From: an uncultured Methylophaga sp.
Lineage (GTDB): Bacteria; Pseudomonadota; Gammaproteobacteria; GCF-002020875
DNA: 64,000 bases
Direction: 5' to 3'
Assembly: GCA_937877715.1 (NCBI GenBank)
Contig: CALEHW010000054.1
Location: 982-64,981, forward strand
Under the pieces are notes generated by a model. The model saw only the letters and a program-made list of their open reading frames with translations. It was not told the DNA's origin and searched no databases. Position numbers and translations under genes: made by a program. Below are positions 41,271 through 53,775 of this stretch, piece by piece. Numbering within the stretch: the stretch's first letter is position 1; each line of letters starts with the position of its first letter.

Positions 41271-41741
41271 ATGAACAACAACGTAAAAGTGACTGAGGCA
41301 AATCTCAATGTAGAGGGGGGGCGTTTTGGTATTGTGGTTGCCCGTTTTAACAGCTTTGTTGTGGAGAGCTTGCTGGATGGGGCGATTGATACCCTGGTGC
41401 GCAATGGTGCCAATGAGACAGACATACATGTGGTACGTGTCCCTGGAGCCTTTGAGATGCCAATCGCAGCACAACGGATGGCGAAAGGTGATTATGACGC
41501 TATTATTGCCATTGGTGCGGTAATTCGTGGCGGTACCCCCCACTTTGACTTTGTTGCTGGTGAGGCAACCAAGGGGCTGGCTATGGTATCTCTGGACAGC
41601 TCTGTTCCCATCACCTTCGGACTGCTGACTGTTGACACCATTGAGCAGGCGATCGAGCGCTCTGGAACCAAGGCTGGCAACAAGGGTGCAGAGGCCGCGA
41701 TTTCAGCAATCGAGATGGTTAATCTGCTGAAGCAGCTGTAG
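41271..41741 (+). CDS. ribH: 6,7-dimethyl-8-ribityllumazine synthase
   Basis: I trimmed the start to MNNNVKV, which has an AGGAAG RBS. It contains FGIVVARFN. Confidence 0.9.
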   Translation: MNNNVKVTEANLNVEGGRFGIVVARFNSFVVESLLDGAIDTLVRNGANETDIHVVRVPGAFEMPIAAQRMAKGDYDAIIAIGAVIRGGTPHFDFVAGEATKGLAMVSLDSSVPITFGLLTVDTIEQAIERSGTKAGNKGAEAAISAIEMVNLLKQL

Positions 41742-41757
41742 TCAGACGCCAGAATTT

Positions 41758-42204
41758 ATGAGCAGGGAACGCTCCAGATCTCGTCGTGCTGCAGTGCAGG
41801 CACTCTATCAGTGGTCTATCTCGGCCCAGCCAGCGAGCGAGATCATCACCCAATTTCATGAGGAGGGAATCCTTGAGGATGCAGACAGTCAGCTGTTCGA
41901 GAAGATTGTCAGCGGGTTGATCAATGAGGTGGTTGCTGTTGATCAGTCGATCTCTCCCCACCTTAGCCGCAAGATAGAGCAGGTTGATCCGGTGGAAAAG
42001 GCGCTGTTACGGCTTGGGTGTTATGAGCTACTGTTTATGCCAGAGACCCCATATCGAGTGGTGCTTAATGAGTATATTAACCTCTCCAAGACCTTTGGTT
42101 CAGCCAAGAGTCATCAATTCATCAATGCGGCACTGGATCGGGTGGCACGTGAATCCCGCACGGTAGAGATTGCGGCCAATGAGAGAGCAGACGAAAAAAA
42201 GTGA
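41758..42204 (+). CDS. nusB: Transcription antitermination factor NusB
   Basis: Begins SRRAAVQALYQW, 148 aa, downstream of ribH. Confidence 0.9.
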   Translation: MSRERSRSRRAAVQALYQWSISAQPASEIITQFHEEGILEDADSQLFEKIVSGLINEVVAVDQSISPHLSRKIEQVDPVEKALLRLGCYELLFMPETPYRVVLNEYINLSKTFGSAKSHQFINAALDRVARESRTVEIAANERADEKK

Positions 42205-43147
42205 GGGGAGTGGCGAATTCGCCCTGATTGAGGAGTTCTTTTCAGGGAGAGGAAAACACCATTCCGAGACCATTCTCGGAATTGGGGATGACGCAGCCAT
42301 TCTCTCCCCGCCTGCTGGTAAACAGCTTGTACTCTCAGTCGACACCATGGTGGAGGGTGTTCACTTTCTGCCAGATACCGATCCGAAGACCCTGGGCCAC
42401 AAACTGCTGGCAGTAAATCTGAGTGATCTGGCTGCCATGGGGGCAGAGCCACTGTGGGTGACACTGGCACTGACCATTCCGGAGAACAACCCCGAATGGC
42501 TCGGCAAGTTTTCACAAGGGCTGTTTGCCCTGGCTGATAGGTTTCGGGTTGATCTGGTAGGGGGAGATACCACACGTGGCCCCCTTGTGATGACGCTACA
42601 GATTTACGGGATTGTGGATGCAGGAGCTGCGGTTTGCAGGTCAAGCGCCCAGGCTGGTGATCTGATCTGTGTCACCAATACCCTGGGGGCTGCGGGCCTA
42701 GCATTACGGCAGCTGCAGGCGGGAGGGGATGCAGCAGAGATCCGCCACTATCTGGAGACCCCAGCCCCACGTATCGACGAGGGGATTTTGTTGCGTGATT
42801 ATGCAACATCAATGGTTGATATCTCTGATGGCTTAATGGCTGATCTTGGACATATCCTTGGGCAGAGTGGTGTTGGAGCAACTGTGAATCTGGACGCTAT
42901 TCCCATGCATTCAGCCCTCTCCTCACTCGCCTCGGTTGAGGAACAGATAGAGCTGGCAATGACTGCCGGAGATGACTACGAACTCTGTTTTACCATACCT
43001 GAACAGTATGTTCCTGTTATACGCGAACGCTTGTCCAGTATTGGATCTGTTCTATCTATAATCGGGATAGTCGCAGAAGCAAAAGGCATAAGTTTGGTTG
43101 GTGAGCAGCAATGGTTCCCTGAAGGTAACGGGTTTCAACACTTTTGA
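42170..43147 (+). CDS. thiL: Thiamine-monophosphate kinase
   Basis: GEFALIE, then an AIR-synthase-related fold. The start may instead be the internal Met at 42179. Confidence 0.85.
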   Translation: MRPMREQTKKSEGSGEFALIEEFFSGRGKHHSETILGIGDDAAILSPPAGKQLVLSVDTMVEGVHFLPDTDPKTLGHKLLAVNLSDLAAMGAEPLWVTLALTIPENNPEWLGKFSQGLFALADRFRVDLVGGDTTRGPLVMTLQIYGIVDAGAAVCRSSAQAGDLICVTNTLGAAGLALRQLQAGGDAAEIRHYLETPAPRIDEGILLRDYATSMVDISDGLMADLGHILGQSGVGATVNLDAIPMHSALSSLASVEEQIELAMTAGDDYELCFTIPEQYVPVIRERLSSIGSVLSIIGIVAEAKGISLVGEQQWFPEGNGFQHF

Positions 43148-43288
43148 CAGCAAACCTGTATGGTCCTCGCATCAGCCCAGACAGAATTGATCGTTTTGTT
43201 CACCAATAGATTTTGTGAACAGTGGTTATTGGTTATTGAGAGTGCTGACTGATACTCAATTATGACACTGGTTGGGTGGATCTGTGAT

Positions 43289-44497
43289 TTATCCCGGCCT
43301 TCCATCCTTGCGAGGGCGGACCAGCATTGGGGCGTAATTCCAGATAAAGAGTAAAAATGATATAACCCATAGCCCTTGTGAAATCAGCACCAGTGTTGTG
43401 AACTGTTCCGGAGCAATCAGGGGAAGCAGTACACGGGTCACTGCACCCGCCAGTAGCAGACCAAATATCAGATGGAGGCTCTGGGGTGGTTTGAAGATAT
43501 TTCTCCCTGTATGACCAAGAATTACCCGAGCCATCATGCCGATGGTAATGATGCCGATGGCCCCGTAGGTGAATGCATGTAGTGCAAGGTATGGGGATAC
43601 AATCCCGAGGGCCGCAAGTGCCTTGAAGAGAAAACCGAGAATCATCCAGCCATATCCAACCATCAATACCCAGAGTAGTGGCTTGCCCCAGATGAGTGGG
43701 GTATACCAGTTTCGGAAGCGGATTCCATGAACCACCACCAGAATTGCTGCCAGTAGCCCACTGATCCAGAGTTGGGGGAAGAAGAGGTCGGCGAGGGCAA
43801 AGAGCAGAAACAGGACCAGACTGGAGATATCAAGAGATTTTGAGTTCTTTAGGTTGATCGGGGTGCCTACCCCCTTTTCGATAAAGAACGGGAAGACGCG
43901 TCGTCCAAGTGTTAGCACCAGTGCAAGGATCAGATAGATCCCGCCATACAGCCCAAAACGTTCGCCCCCATCGATAATATCGAAGAGGCCGAGATAGAAG
44001 ATCAGATTACAAAGGAATAGGGTGGATAGCTTTGAGGTAAAAATCCGTACCTGATCCCACTGCTTCGCCTTGTAGAGGGGGTGAGTGACGGCAGCAGTCA
44101 GGGCGAGCAGAAAGAGCAAATCCAGAATTGCAGGCACAGCTACGGGAACAGCCTCGATCCAGGGCAGGATACGGGCCAGCAGCCAGCTGCTGAAGAGTAT
44201 TGCCAGGGGGGTAAAACGTATAGTCTGTACCCCAGTCCAGTTCATGGTTGCAGTCAGTAGGAAACCGGCTGCGACTGCTGTGGCGTAACCGAAAACCATC
44301 TCGTGGCCATGCCACCAGAATGAGCTTCCCAGCTGCAGGATGGGCCCAGGTGTCCACTGGAAACTGTAGGCCGCAGTCCACAGAAGGATAGCTATAACAC
44401 TATAGAGGGCAGCCCCCAGGAAAAAGGGCCGGAAGCCGAGCTGGAACAGGGCAAAGGGGTGAACCGGTGTCGGTTTGTTGTCAATATTTAGTAACAT
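43289..44497 (-). CDS. nnrS: NnrS family heme-copper membrane protein (nitric oxide response)
   Basis: 402 aa with about 12 transmembrane segments. The N-terminus FALFQLGFRPFFLGAALYS is characteristic of NnrS. Confidence 0.7.
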   Translation of the reverse strand: MLLNIDNKPTPVHPFALFQLGFRPFFLGAALYSVIAILLWTAAYSFQWTPGPILQLGSSFWWHGHEMVFGYATAVAAGFLLTATMNWTGVQTIRFTPLAILFSSWLLARILPWIEAVPVAVPAILDLLFLLALTAAVTHPLYKAKQWDQVRIFTSKLSTLFLCNLIFYLGLFDIIDGGERFGLYGGIYLILALVLTLGRRVFPFFIEKGVGTPINLKNSKSLDISSLVLFLLFALADLFFPQLWISGLLAAILVVVHGIRFRNWYTPLIWGKPLLWVLMVGYGWMILGFLFKALAALGIVSPYLALHAFTYGAIGIITIGMMARVILGHTGRNIFKPPQSLHLIFGLLLAGAVTRVLLPLIAPEQFTTLVLISQGLWVISFLLFIWNYAPMLVRPRKDGRPG

Positions 44498-44510
44498 TTC
44501 AAATTATCGT

Positions 44511-44553
44511 CTGATAAGCGCGGCCGCTTCGCGCCCACGCTTATCGGTGAGCA
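44511..44553. repeat. REP-like palindromic repeat, copy 2
   Basis: An exact copy of 9381-9424. It sits between the folE2 stop and the nnrS start. Confidence 0.85.
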
Positions 44554-44576
44554 GGGAGTATCTGCCCTGAATTCTT

Positions 44577-45359
44577 CTACTTTACCCTTTCGATCATTGC
44601 GTATGCTGAATGGTTGTGGATCGATTCGAAGTTCTCGGCTTCCAGAATGTAGGAGAGGATGCGATCATCCTCATTCAGACGGCGAGCCACGTCTCGCACC
44701 AGATCCTCGACAAATTTGGGGTTGTCATAGGCGCGTTCAGTGACATGTTTCTCATCCGGGCGTTTCAGCAGACCAAAGAGCTCGCAGGATGCCTCCTGCT
44801 CCACTATGTCGATGATGTCCTCAATCCAGATAAAACCGCTGGGCTTTGCATTTACGGTGATATGGGAGCGTTGGTTATGGGCACCATAATCGGAGATCTC
44901 TTTGGAGCATGGGCAGAGGCTGGTTGCCGGAACCAGAACCTTGACATTCATTGATGGTTTGCCGGCAATGATCTCGCCAATAAACGTTACCTGATAATCG
45001 ATGAGGCTCTCGATACCGCTGATCGGCGCACTCTTGTTTACAAAGAATGGAAATGACATCTCGATATGGCCAGACTCAGCCTCCAGGGTTTCAACCATCT
45101 CACCCAGCATAGCCTTGAATGTGTCTACGGTGATCTCGAAATCGTGCTGATTGAGAATACGCACAAAGCGGGACATGTGGGTACCCTTGAAATGCTGAGG
45201 CAGACTGACATACATGTTGAAGGTGGCAACTGTATGCTGCTCCTTGCCGGTACGATCCTTGATGACAATGGGGTGACGGATGTCCTTGATGCCCACTTTG
45301 TCAATTGGGATTTGGCGGGTATCGGTGCTGCCCTGTACATCAACCATACTGTTACTCAT
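44577..45359 (-). CDS. folE2: GTP cyclohydrolase I type 2 (FolE2/MptA family)
   Basis: 260 aa. It contains [10 protein letters not shown] (a metal site) and the N-terminal [15 protein letters not shown]. Confidence 0.8.
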   Translation of the reverse strand: MSNSMVDVQGSTDTRQIPIDKVGIKDIRHPIVIKDRTGKEQHTVATFNMYVSLPQHFKGTHMSRFVRILNQHDFEITVDTFKAMLGEMVETLEAESGHIEMSFPFFVNKSAPISGIESLIDYQVTFIGEIIAGKPSMNVKVLVPATSLCPCSKEISDYGAHNQRSHITVNAKPSGFIWIEDIIDIVEQEASCELFGLLKRPDEKHVTERAYDNPKFVEDLVRDVARRLNEDDRILSYILEAENFESIHNHSAYAMIERVK

Positions 45360-45376
45360 AGGAATATTCTCGCTTT

Positions 45377-45769
45377 TTATGTTTCGCTATAACGGGCAGA
45401 GGCACGCTCTGTTTCCCAGACGGTGACTGCCTCAATATGGGTTCGTTCACTATTTAGTTCCACGGAGAGCTCTCCAAAGATAGTGTGAGCGATATTCTCT
45501 GCTGTTGGGTTGATCCGGTCAAATGGTTTCAATTCATTCAGATAGCTGTGGTCCAGACGAGCAGTAACCTCTTGTGTGACCCGTTTGATCTTCTTGAAGT
45601 CGATAACCATTCCAAGCTTGTCCAGCTCACCAGCAGCAACCTCTACCTCAACCTTCCAGTTATGACCATGCAGATGCTGACAATCTCCAGGGTACTCCCG
45701 GAGGCTATGGGCAGCAGCAAAATCACTAACAACCCGTAATATGAATTGGCCCGACATCTCTCTTCTCAA
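45377..45769 (-). CDS. 6-carboxytetrahydropterin / 6-pyruvoyl-tetrahydropterin synthase family protein (QueD/PTPS)
   Basis: CxxxxHGH motif ([17 protein letters not shown]), 130 aa. It overlaps the dxs stop. Confidence 0.75.
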   Translation of the reverse strand: MRREMSGQFILRVVSDFAAAHSLREYPGDCQHLHGHNWKVEVEVAAGELDKLGMVIDFKKIKRVTQEVTARLDHSYLNELKPFDRINPTAENIAHTIFGELSVELNSERTHIEAVTVWETERASARYSET

Positions 45770-47652
45770 ATGGATTGGTTGTGTTGGCGGTTCTGTTGCT
45801 GAAACCGAGTAATTGTGTCAAGTATACCACGGGTGGTAAGTCCATACTGCTCAAGCAGGGCATCGCGTTCACCCTGTTCAACAAAGTGGTTTGGCATGCC
45901 GATATTAAGGATAGAAACAGTGATTCTCTGCGACAGCAGGAATTCGTCTACTGCGCTTCCTGCACCCCCAGCAACCACATTTTCCTCCAAGGTTACCAGT
46001 AGCTCATGTTGGGCCGCCAGCTGCAAAATAAGGGAGTGGTCCAGGGGGGTAACAAAGCGCATATCTGCGACTGTGGCATTTATGGTCTCTGCACACTCCA
46101 GTGCACTTTCGAGCATCGGGCCAAATGCCAGCAGAGCCACACCTTCACCCTGACGCCTGATTTTGCCCTTGCCGATTGTGATCGGGTCATCTGACTGACT
46201 ACTGACGGGTGTTTTTTCAATGATTGAGCTACGGGGGTAGCGGACAGCTGCAGGGCCCTCGTATTGCAGGCCGGTGGTTAGCATTCTCTGGCACTCCTCC
46301 CCATTGGACGGGGTCATGATAACCATGTTGGGTATCGCCCTGAGAAAGCTGATATCAAAGGCGCCAGTATGTGTTGGGCCATCGGCGCCAACCACCCCCG
46401 CCCGATCAATGGCAAACAGAACCGGAAGCTTCTGCAGCGCCACATCATGGATCAGCTGGTCATAGGCCCGCTGCAGAAAGGTGGAGTAGATGGCCACCAC
46501 CGGATGGCGCCCCTCGGCAGCCAGCCCGGCAGCCAAGGTTACGGCATGCTGCTCTGCAATGCCGACATCGATAAAGTGGTCTGGATGTTGTTCCGCAAAT
46601 TGCACCATCCCGGAGCCGGAGGCCATGGCTGGGGTGATGGCAATCATCTCTGGGTGATGTTGTACTGAGCTACGGAGCCACTCCCCAAAGATATCGGTAT
46701 AGGTGACACTGTTGCCAGACTGCGTAGTAACGGGATCGATACGCCCAATCCCGTGATATTTCAGTGGATCCTTTTCGGCAGGGATATAGCCGTGCCCCTT
46801 GTGGGTGATGATATGAAGAAGTCTCGGTCCCTTCAGTTTGTGCAGGGTACGCAGTGCACGAATCAGCGCATTGAGATCGTGACCATCTACAGGTCCGACA
46901 TAATTGAACCCCAGCTCTTCGAACAGTGTGCCCGGCACCACCATCCCTTTGACGTGTTCCTCGGTGCGTCTGGCCAGATCCCATGCTCCAGGCAGTTTGC
47001 TCAGAACCTTGCGGCTGGTCTCACGCATATGGCTATAGGTGGAGCTGGCGAGGATTCTTCCCAGGTAACGGGAGAGTCCACCCACATTTTCCGAGATCGA
47101 CATATCGTTGTCATTCAGGACAACCAGTAGGTTGGCATCGACATCACCAGCATGATTCAGGGCCTCAAAGGCCATGCCGCCAGTTAGTGCGCCATCACCG
47201 ATAACAGCGATGGTCTGCTGCTCGCTGCCACGTTGCTTGGCTGCAATGGCCATCCCCAAGGCAGCGCTAATTGAGGTACTGGAGTGGCCTGCACCAAAGG
47301 GGTCATATGGGCTCTCTCCGCGCTTGGTAAAGCCGGAGATTCCATGCTGCTGCCGCAGCGTTGCCATTGCCTCACGGCGCCCGGTCAGAATCTTGTGGGG
47401 GTAGCTCTGGTGGCCAACATCCCAGATCAGGCGATCGTCTGGGGTGTTATAGATATAGTGGAGAGCGATGGTCAATTCAACAACACCAAGACTGGATGCC
47501 AGGTGGCCACCGGTCTGTTCAACAGAGTGAATCATGAAGCCACGTAGCTCCCGTGCCAGCTCAGGGAGTTGTCCGGGGCCCAGTTCACGTAACTGCTCCG
47601 GACTGGAGATCTGGTCAAGCAGTGGTGTGGTAAGTGCGCTCATTTCTCTCAA
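45766..47652 (-). CDS. dxs: 1-deoxy-D-xylulose-5-phosphate synthase
   Basis: 628 aa with a TPP-binding motif ([18 protein letters not shown]). Confidence 0.95.
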   Translation of the reverse strand: MREMSALTTPLLDQISSPEQLRELGPGQLPELARELRGFMIHSVEQTGGHLASSLGVVELTIALHYIYNTPDDRLIWDVGHQSYPHKILTGRREAMATLRQQHGISGFTKRGESPYDPFGAGHSSTSISAALGMAIAAKQRGSEQQTIAVIGDGALTGGMAFEALNHAGDVDANLLVVLNDNDMSISENVGGLSRYLGRILASSTYSHMRETSRKVLSKLPGAWDLARRTEEHVKGMVVPGTLFEELGFNYVGPVDGHDLNALIRALRTLHKLKGPRLLHIITHKGHGYIPAEKDPLKYHGIGRIDPVTTQSGNSVTYTDIFGEWLRSSVQHHPEMIAITPAMASGSGMVQFAEQHPDHFIDVGIAEQHAVTLAAGLAAEGRHPVVAIYSTFLQRAYDQLIHDVALQKLPVLFAIDRAGVVGADGPTHTGAFDISFLRAIPNMVIMTPSNGEECQRMLTTGLQYEGPAAVRYPRSSIIEKTPVSSQSDDPITIGKGKIRRQGEGVALLAFGPMLESALECAETINATVADMRFVTPLDHSLILQLAAQHELLVTLEENVVAGGAGSAVDEFLLSQRITVSILNIGMPNHFVEQGERDALLEQYGLTTRGILDTITRFQQQNRQHNQSI

Positions 47653-48521
47653 TGGTCTCTCTGGACAATAAAATTGGCGAGTTCCTGCAGACTCTCTGCA
47701 CGCTCACCGAACATGTCAAGGGACTCCACCGCCTGCTGGTGCAGCTTCTGCAGCTCGCGTTTTGCCCCCTCGACCCCAAACAGGGAGACAAAGGTGGTTT
47801 TATTCTGCTCCAGGTCGGATCCTTGTGGTTTACCGGTGGTATCACTGGATCCCTCGATATCGAGAATGTCATCCTGTACCTGAAATGCCAGACCGATTGA
47901 TTCGGCAAACAGGACCAAGGCATCCTGGGCAGAGGGATCGGGCAATGCCGGGGCTGCTCCCATCATGATGCTGGCACGAATCAGTGCACCGGTCTTCTGC
48001 AGATGCATGGTGCGTAGCTCATCTATCGAGAGCGAGCTCTCTTCAGCCTGCAGATCCATCATCTGACCACCGACCATCCCCCTCGAACCACTGGCTGAGG
48101 CCAGCTCCCGGACCCACTCAAGACGCACCTTAGCAGTGAGATCGGCATCCATAACGACCTGAAAGGCAAGTGTCTGCAGAGCATCTCCCACCAAAATCGC
48201 AGTGGCCTCATCAAAGGCTCGATGACATGTTGGTTCTCCCCTGCGCAGCTCATCATCATCCATCGCCGGAAGATCATCATGTACCAGGGAGTAGGTGTGG
48301 ATTAGCTCAACTGCTGCTGCTGCCGCATCCAGATCCTCCGCTGCTCTACCGAACAGTTTGCCGGTGGCATATACCAGGATCGGACGGACCCGTTTCCCCC
48401 CATTGAAAAGTACGTAGTGAATCGCTTGGTGTAACCTGGCCGGGTCTGTAGTAGCAGCTGGAATTGATTGTTTCAGGGCCTGTTCTACACGTTGCTGCCA
48501 GGCGTCAAAGGGTAGACTCAT
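47649..48521 (-). CDS. ispA: (2E,6E)-farnesyl diphosphate synthase
   Basis: Two DDxxD motifs ([26 protein letters not shown]). Confidence 0.9.
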   Translation of the reverse strand: MSLPFDAWQQRVEQALKQSIPAATTDPARLHQAIHYVLFNGGKRVRPILVYATGKLFGRAAEDLDAAAAAVELIHTYSLVHDDLPAMDDDELRRGEPTCHRAFDEATAILVGDALQTLAFQVVMDADLTAKVRLEWVRELASASGSRGMVGGQMMDLQAEESSLSIDELRTMHLQKTGALIRASIMMGAAPALPDPSAQDALVLFAESIGLAFQVQDDILDIEGSSDTTGKPQGSDLEQNKTTFVSLFGVEGAKRELQKLHQQAVESLDMFGERAESLQELANFIVQRDH

Positions 48522-48751
48522 GATTGATCAAATGGTTTGAGCCCCTCTTTGGTGAGGACCTCGACCCTCTGCTCTGCTTCAGCCAGTGCCCTCTGACAGC
48601 TGCGAATCAACTTTATCCCCTGTTCAAATCTCAGCAGTGATTCTTCCAGAGAGAGTTCGCCACCATCCATCTCCCCAACCAGCTGTTCCAGCTCGGAGAG
48701 ACTCTTCTCGAAATCGAAAGGGAGACCATTTTTCTTCTTTTGGAGGGCCAT
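48518..48751 (-). CDS. xseB: Exodeoxyribonuclease VII small subunit
   Basis: I trimmed the start to MALQKKK. It contains FEKSLSELEQLVGEMDGGELSLEESLLRFEQGIKL. It is the first gene of the xseB-ispA-dxs operon. Confidence 0.85.
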   Translation of the reverse strand: MALQKKKNGLPFDFEKSLSELEQLVGEMDGGELSLEESLLRFEQGIKLIRSCQRALAEAEQRVEVLTKEGLKPFDQS

Positions 48752-48806
48752 ATTTTCTCTATTGAGGGGTTTGGTTCCGCTCTGATTCAGTGGATAATGG
48801 GCGCTT

Positions 48807-49316
48807 ATGAAGCGACTGATTGTAACACTATTGTTTTTCACTTTCCCCGCCTCTTTGGTTGCCGGTTCACAATGGTGGGATAGTGGTAGCGGGGGAGACT
48901 ACTTTGAGGAGGGGCCGAAGTGGAAGGAGGCAGAAGTTGTCATACCGGACTATCCGAAGATGGGGAATTTGCTGGAATTTCAGGTGGATAACCCATCATC
49001 CAGTCACCACTATTTTCTCGATAGCAGTTCCCTCTCTATCGCTGATGATTACGTGATTCGTTACTCGGTGGTCATAAAGACCAGAAGTGGGGCAACCAAT
49101 GTCTTCTATGACGGGATCCGTTGTGAGACACGTGAGTACAAGAATTATGCCTTTGGAGTGAATGGAGCATTTACCGAGAATGAGGGCGCGAAGTGGGAAC
49201 TTATTCGGAGTTATGACTTTTTCCGTAAGGCACTGATACGAGGGATTGTCTGTAGGCAGGATAGTGGCGCATATTCTGTAGAGCAGATTATTGATCGCTT
49301 GAAATATGATCGTTAG
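48807..49316 (+). CDS. Secreted CNP1-like family protein
   Basis: 169 aa with a signal peptide. The family assignment is from my recollection only. Confidence 0.4.
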   Translation: MKRLIVTLLFFTFPASLVAGSQWWDSGSGGDYFEEGPKWKEAEVVIPDYPKMGNLLEFQVDNPSSSHHYFLDSSSLSIADDYVIRYSVVIKTRSGATNVFYDGIRCETREYKNYAFGVNGAFTENEGAKWELIRSYDFFRKALIRGIVCRQDSGAYSVEQIIDRLKYDR

Positions 49317-49406
49317 GAATAGATTTAAAAGTTTGTTCATGCCCTTCTCAGGGTACGTTGTGAAATATCACAAGAAATTAACATTTGGAAGACCGATTGA
49401 TTAGCT

Positions 49407-51293
49407 ATGTCAAATTATGATGCCTCTGCCATCGAGGTTCTGTCCGGTCTGGATCCGGTCCGAAAACGTCCGGGAATGTACACTGATACCACCAGACCAA
49501 ACCATCTGGTGCAGGAGGTTCTGGATAATAGTGTTGATGAGGCAATTGTTGGCCATGCAGACCATATTAAGGTGGTTCTGCATAAGGATGGGTCGGTTAC
49601 AGTTGAGGACAATGGCCGCGGAATGCCGACCGATATCCACCCCGAAGAGGGGATCCCTGGGGTTGAGGTAATTCTTACCAGACTCCATGCCGGCGGAAAA
49701 TTTTCAGGCAAGAATTATCAGTTTTCTGGTGGACTGCATGGCGTTGGCGTCTCTGTGGTCAATGCGCTATCCAAAAACCTTGAAATCTGGGTGCGTCGCA
49801 ACGGACTTGAGATGAATATGGTCTTCGCCAATGGTGAAAAGCAGAGCGAGCTTGAGGAGGTTGGTACGGTCGGTAAGCGTAATACCGGAACCACGCTTCG
49901 TTTCTGGCCAGATCCACAGTTCTTCGATTCACCAAAAATCTCCATTCCAAAACTGCGCCACCTAATGCGTGCCAAAGCAGTATTGCAGCCGGGCCTGAAG
50001 ATATCGCTGAGTGATGAGAACTCTGGAGAAAGTGATGAGTGGTATTACGAGGATGGTCTGAAACAGTATCTGCTGGGGCAGATTGGAGATCTGCCAACCC
50101 TTCCGGAAGATGCCCCATTTATGGGCTCAAGCAGCAGTGAGAAAGAGGGTGTGGACTGGGCCGCAGTGTGGCTCCCGGAAGGTGGTGAGTCGGTCGGTGA
50201 GAGTTATGTAAATCTGGTTCCAACCCTGCAGGGAGGAACCCATGTGAACGGTCTACGCGCAGGGTTGACCGAGGCAGTACGGGAGTTCTGCGAATTTAGA
50301 AATATACTTCCACGTGGGATCAAACTGGCTCCAGAGGATGTTTGGGAGAAGGTAAGCTACATCCTCTCTGTCAAGATGGATGATCCTCAGTTTGCGGGGC
50401 AGATCAAGGAACGCCTCTCGTCTCGTGAGGTGGCAGCATTTGTCTCTGGAGTAGTCAAGGATTCATTTAGTCTTTGGCTCAATCAGCATCCAGCCATTGG
50501 TGAGCAGATTGCTGAGCTGGCAATTAACAGTGCACAAAATCGAATGCGGACCCGCAAGAGGGTGGTACGAAAGAAGGTAACCAGTGGCCCTGCACTACCG
50601 GGGAAACTGGCAGACTGTTCCACTGGTGATCCACTACGTGGTGAGCTTTTTCTGGTGGAGGGAGATTCTGCAGGGGGCTCAGCCAAGCAGGCGCGGGATC
50701 GTGAATTTCAGGCCATTATGCCGCTGCGTGGAAAAATCCTTAACACCTGGGAGGTGGAGCCGGGGGACGTACTGGCCTCGCAGGAGGTGCACGATATCTC
50801 AGTTGCTCTGGGGATGGATCCTGGCAGCAGTGATCTGACAGGGCTTCGCTATGGAAAGATCTGTATTCTGGCTGATGCAGACTCAGATGGGCTCCATATC
50901 GCAACCCTACTCTGTGCCCTGTTTTTGCGACACTTCCCCAAGTTGGTAGCGGAAGGGCATGTCTATGTGGCGATGCCACCACTCTACCGAATTGATGTTG
51001 GTAAAGAGGTCTATTACGCACTGGATGATGCGGAGAAGCAGGGGATTCTGGACCGTATTACAGCAGAGAAAAAGAGGGGTAAAGTCAATGTACAGCGCTT
51101 TAAGGGGCTGGGAGAGATGAATCCACTGCAGCTTCGGGAGACTACCATGGCAACGGAGACTCGTCGGCTAGTACAGCTTACCATTGAGCCGGGCGATGAG
51201 AGTGACAGCATAATGGATATGTTGCTGGCCAAAAAACGGGCTTCAGATCGAAAGAGCTGGCTAGAGACACGAGGAGATCTTGCAGAGGTCTGA
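49407..51293 (+). CDS. parE: DNA topoisomerase IV subunit B
   Basis: A GHKL ATPase followed by TOPRIM. At 628 aa it lacks the GyrB insertion, and it is followed directly by parC. Confidence 0.9.
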   Translation: MSNYDASAIEVLSGLDPVRKRPGMYTDTTRPNHLVQEVLDNSVDEAIVGHADHIKVVLHKDGSVTVEDNGRGMPTDIHPEEGIPGVEVILTRLHAGGKFSGKNYQFSGGLHGVGVSVVNALSKNLEIWVRRNGLEMNMVFANGEKQSELEEVGTVGKRNTGTTLRFWPDPQFFDSPKISIPKLRHLMRAKAVLQPGLKISLSDENSGESDEWYYEDGLKQYLLGQIGDLPTLPEDAPFMGSSSSEKEGVDWAAVWLPEGGESVGESYVNLVPTLQGGTHVNGLRAGLTEAVREFCEFRNILPRGIKLAPEDVWEKVSYILSVKMDDPQFAGQIKERLSSREVAAFVSGVVKDSFSLWLNQHPAIGEQIAELAINSAQNRMRTRKRVVRKKVTSGPALPGKLADCSTGDPLRGELFLVEGDSAGGSAKQARDREFQAIMPLRGKILNTWEVEPGDVLASQEVHDISVALGMDPGSSDLTGLRYGKICILADADSDGLHIATLLCALFLRHFPKLVAEGHVYVAMPPLYRIDVGKEVYYALDDAEKQGILDRITAEKKRGKVNVQRFKGLGEMNPLQLRETTMATETRRLVQLTIEPGDESDSIMDMLLAKKRASDRKSWLETRGDLAEV

Positions 51294-51324
51294 GTTATTG
51301 ACCGGAACTGCAGGGAGAAAAAAC

Positions 51325-53577
51325 ATGAGTGAGAGAAGAGAGATCGAGATGGAGGGGGTTGAGCAGCTTCCACTGAGTGAGTTTACCGAGAAGGCCTATC
51401 TGGATTACTCCATGTATGTCATCCTCGATCGGGCGCTGCCCCACGTGGGAGATGGGCTCAAGCCGGTGCAACGTCGTATTGTCTATGCGATGTCAGAGTT
51501 GGGGCTCTCAGCAACAGCCAAGTTCAAGAAATCAGCCCGAACCGTGGGCGATGTGCTTGGCAAGTTTCATCCTCATGGTGACTCTGCCGCATACGAGGCG
51601 ATGGTGTTGATGGCACAGAGTTTTTCTTACCGTTATCCGTTGGTTGATGGGCAGGGGAATTGGGGGTCAGCAGATGATCCCAAATCTTTCGCTGCCATGC
51701 GCTATACCGAGTCTCGTCTTACTCGCTATTCTGAGTTGCTGTTGGGTGAGTTGGGAATGGGGACTGTTGAGTGGCAGCCCAATTTCGATGGCACCATCAA
51801 AGAGCCAATTCTGCTGCCGGCCCGTCTGCCAAATATCCTGTTGAATGGTGGATCCGGAATCGCGGTTGGAATGGCAACAGATATTCCACCACACAACTTG
51901 AGAGAGGTGGCTACTGCAGCAATTCGCCTGCTGGAGAATCGCAAGTCAACAACAGAGGATTTACTGGAGCACATTCAGGGGCCAGACTATCCAACAGATG
52001 CAGAGATCATTACTCCAAAAGAGGATATTGATGAAATCTATCGTACCGGCCATGGCTCTATTCGCATGCGTGCATTATGGGAGAGAGAGGGTGGGGATGT
52101 GGTGATAACTGCGCTGCCGCATCAGGTTTCAGGCAACAAGATTCTGGAGCAGGTTGCTACCCAGATGCGCTCCAAGAAACTACCGATGGTTGATGATCTG
52201 CGGGATGAATCAGACCATGAGAATCCTACGCGTCTGGTTGTAGTGCCTCGTTCCAATCGGGTAGATGTCGACCAGCTGATGTCCCACCTCTTCGCAACTA
52301 CGGATCTGGAGAGGACCTATAGGGTCAATCTCAACATGATCGGGATTGATGGTCGCCCCGGGGTAAAGGGGATCCGGCAGCTACTTAAGGAGTGGCTAGA
52401 GTTTCGTGAGCAGACGGTTCGCCGTCGCCTAGAACATCGCCTGGATAAGGTTCTGCAGCGTCTTCATATCCTCGAGGGGCTGCTGGTTGCCTATCTTAAT
52501 ATTGATGAGGTGATTGCCATCATCCGCAGTGAAGACAAGCCACGTCCAGTGTTGATGAAACGTTTCAATCTTAGTGAGATTCAGGCCGATGCGATTCTTG
52601 ATCTCAAGCTCCGCCATCTAGCAAAGCTGGAAGAGATAAAGATCAAGGGAGAACAGGAGGAGCTGGAGGAGGAGCGTCAGAAGCTGGAGCAGATTTTGGA
52701 TTCAACCCGTCGTCTGCGCACCATGATTCGCAAGGAGATCACAGCTGACGCTGAGAAGTATGGGGATGACAGACGCTCCCCCATTATGGTGCGTAGTGCA
52801 GCACATGCTATTGATCCAACAAGTCTGGTTCCCTCAGAGCCGGTAACCGCGGTGCTCTCGGAGAAGGGGTGGGTGCGTGCCGCAAAGGGGCATGAGGTTG
52901 ATGTTAAGGGACTCAACTACAAGAGTGGGGATAGCTATCTTGCATCGGCCCATGGGCGTAGCAACCGGCCAATATATTTTCTCGACTCATCCGGAAGAAG
53001 TTACACCGTACAGGCAAATACTTTGCCTTCCGCACGGGGGCAGGGCGAACCACTGACTGGTCGTTTCTCTACACCATCAGGTGTCAGATTTATTGATGTC
53101 ATTGGTGGTGAGATGAAGCAGAAGATGGTGGTTGCCTCTGATGCTGGATATGGTTTTATTGCCACTGTTGGTGACCTCTCCTCCAATAAAAAGGCGGGCA
53201 AGGCTTTTTTGCGTACACCAAAGGGGGCCGAGGCGATGAGGGTGCTGTCTATTGATGAAGATAGTAGATGGCTGGCTGTAGCAAGTAATGAGGGGAGGCT
53301 GCTGCTGTTCTCACTGCAAGATCTTCCGGAGTTGGCCAAGGGCAAGGGAAACAAAATGATTGGTATTCCCCCAAAGCGAGTGGAGAGCAGGGAGGAGTTT
53401 GTGGCCGGTATTGCGGTTCTGAGTGGAAGCGATGGCCTTACGGTAATTTCTGGCAAACGCAAACTAAAACTGAAGCCATCTGACCTGGAAAACTATTGCG
53501 GGGAGCGTGGGCGTCGAGGCAGCAAACTGCCAAGGGGATTTCAGAGGGTTGAGGGGCTAATTGCCGGGATCAAGTAG
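51325..53577 (+). CDS. parC: DNA topoisomerase IV subunit A
   Basis: I trimmed the start to [11 protein letters not shown]. The active-site region is AAMRYTE. Confidence 0.9.
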   Translation: MSERREIEMEGVEQLPLSEFTEKAYLDYSMYVILDRALPHVGDGLKPVQRRIVYAMSELGLSATAKFKKSARTVGDVLGKFHPHGDSAAYEAMVLMAQSFSYRYPLVDGQGNWGSADDPKSFAAMRYTESRLTRYSELLLGELGMGTVEWQPNFDGTIKEPILLPARLPNILLNGGSGIAVGMATDIPPHNLREVATAAIRLLENRKSTTEDLLEHIQGPDYPTDAEIITPKEDIDEIYRTGHGSIRMRALWEREGGDVVITALPHQVSGNKILEQVATQMRSKKLPMVDDLRDESDHENPTRLVVVPRSNRVDVDQLMSHLFATTDLERTYRVNLNMIGIDGRPGVKGIRQLLKEWLEFREQTVRRRLEHRLDKVLQRLHILEGLLVAYLNIDEVIAIIRSEDKPRPVLMKRFNLSEIQADAILDLKLRHLAKLEEIKIKGEQEELEEERQKLEQILDSTRRLRTMIRKEITADAEKYGDDRRSPIMVRSAAHAIDPTSLVPSEPVTAVLSEKGWVRAAKGHEVDVKGLNYKSGDSYLASAHGRSNRPIYFLDSSGRSYTVQANTLPSARGQGEPLTGRFSTPSGVRFIDVIGGEMKQKMVVASDAGYGFIATVGDLSSNKKAGKAFLRTPKGAEAMRVLSIDEDSRWLAVASNEGRLLLFSLQDLPELAKGKGNKMIGIPPKRVESREEFVAGIAVLSGSDGLTVISGKRKLKLKPSDLENYCGERGRRGSKLPRGFQRVEGLIAGIK

Positions 53578-53775
53578 GCAAAGGGACTACATTGTATACA
53601 TAAGCCATCCACTAACGACGATAAAGATGGCACAGGCCCAAAAAAAGATGGTAACAATTCGTCCCAATGCTGCTCCTCCAAGAGAATTTATAACGGCTTT
53701 AATTGTGACGTAACCTGACTACTTTTGTAAATTACTCGTAGTAGTGTAAGTAACAGACCAATTCGGGGTATGTTG

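Noticed and set aside
43196-43222. Palindrome TGTTCAC-N10-GTGAACA between convergent thiL and nnrS, considered as an NO-responsive regulator site
   Set aside because: It lies downstream of both genes, not in a promoter. It is more likely a weak bidirectional terminator-like hairpin, and it has no clear match to NsrR or FNR/Dnr consensus sequences.
53620-53717. Possible 29-codon small ORF (MAQAQKKMVTIRPNAAPPREFITALIVT) in the AT-rich parC/JAMM convergent intergenic region, considered as a ThiS/MoaD-like partner
   Set aside because: It has no GG terminus, no ubiquitin-like length and a poor RBS. It is unsupported.
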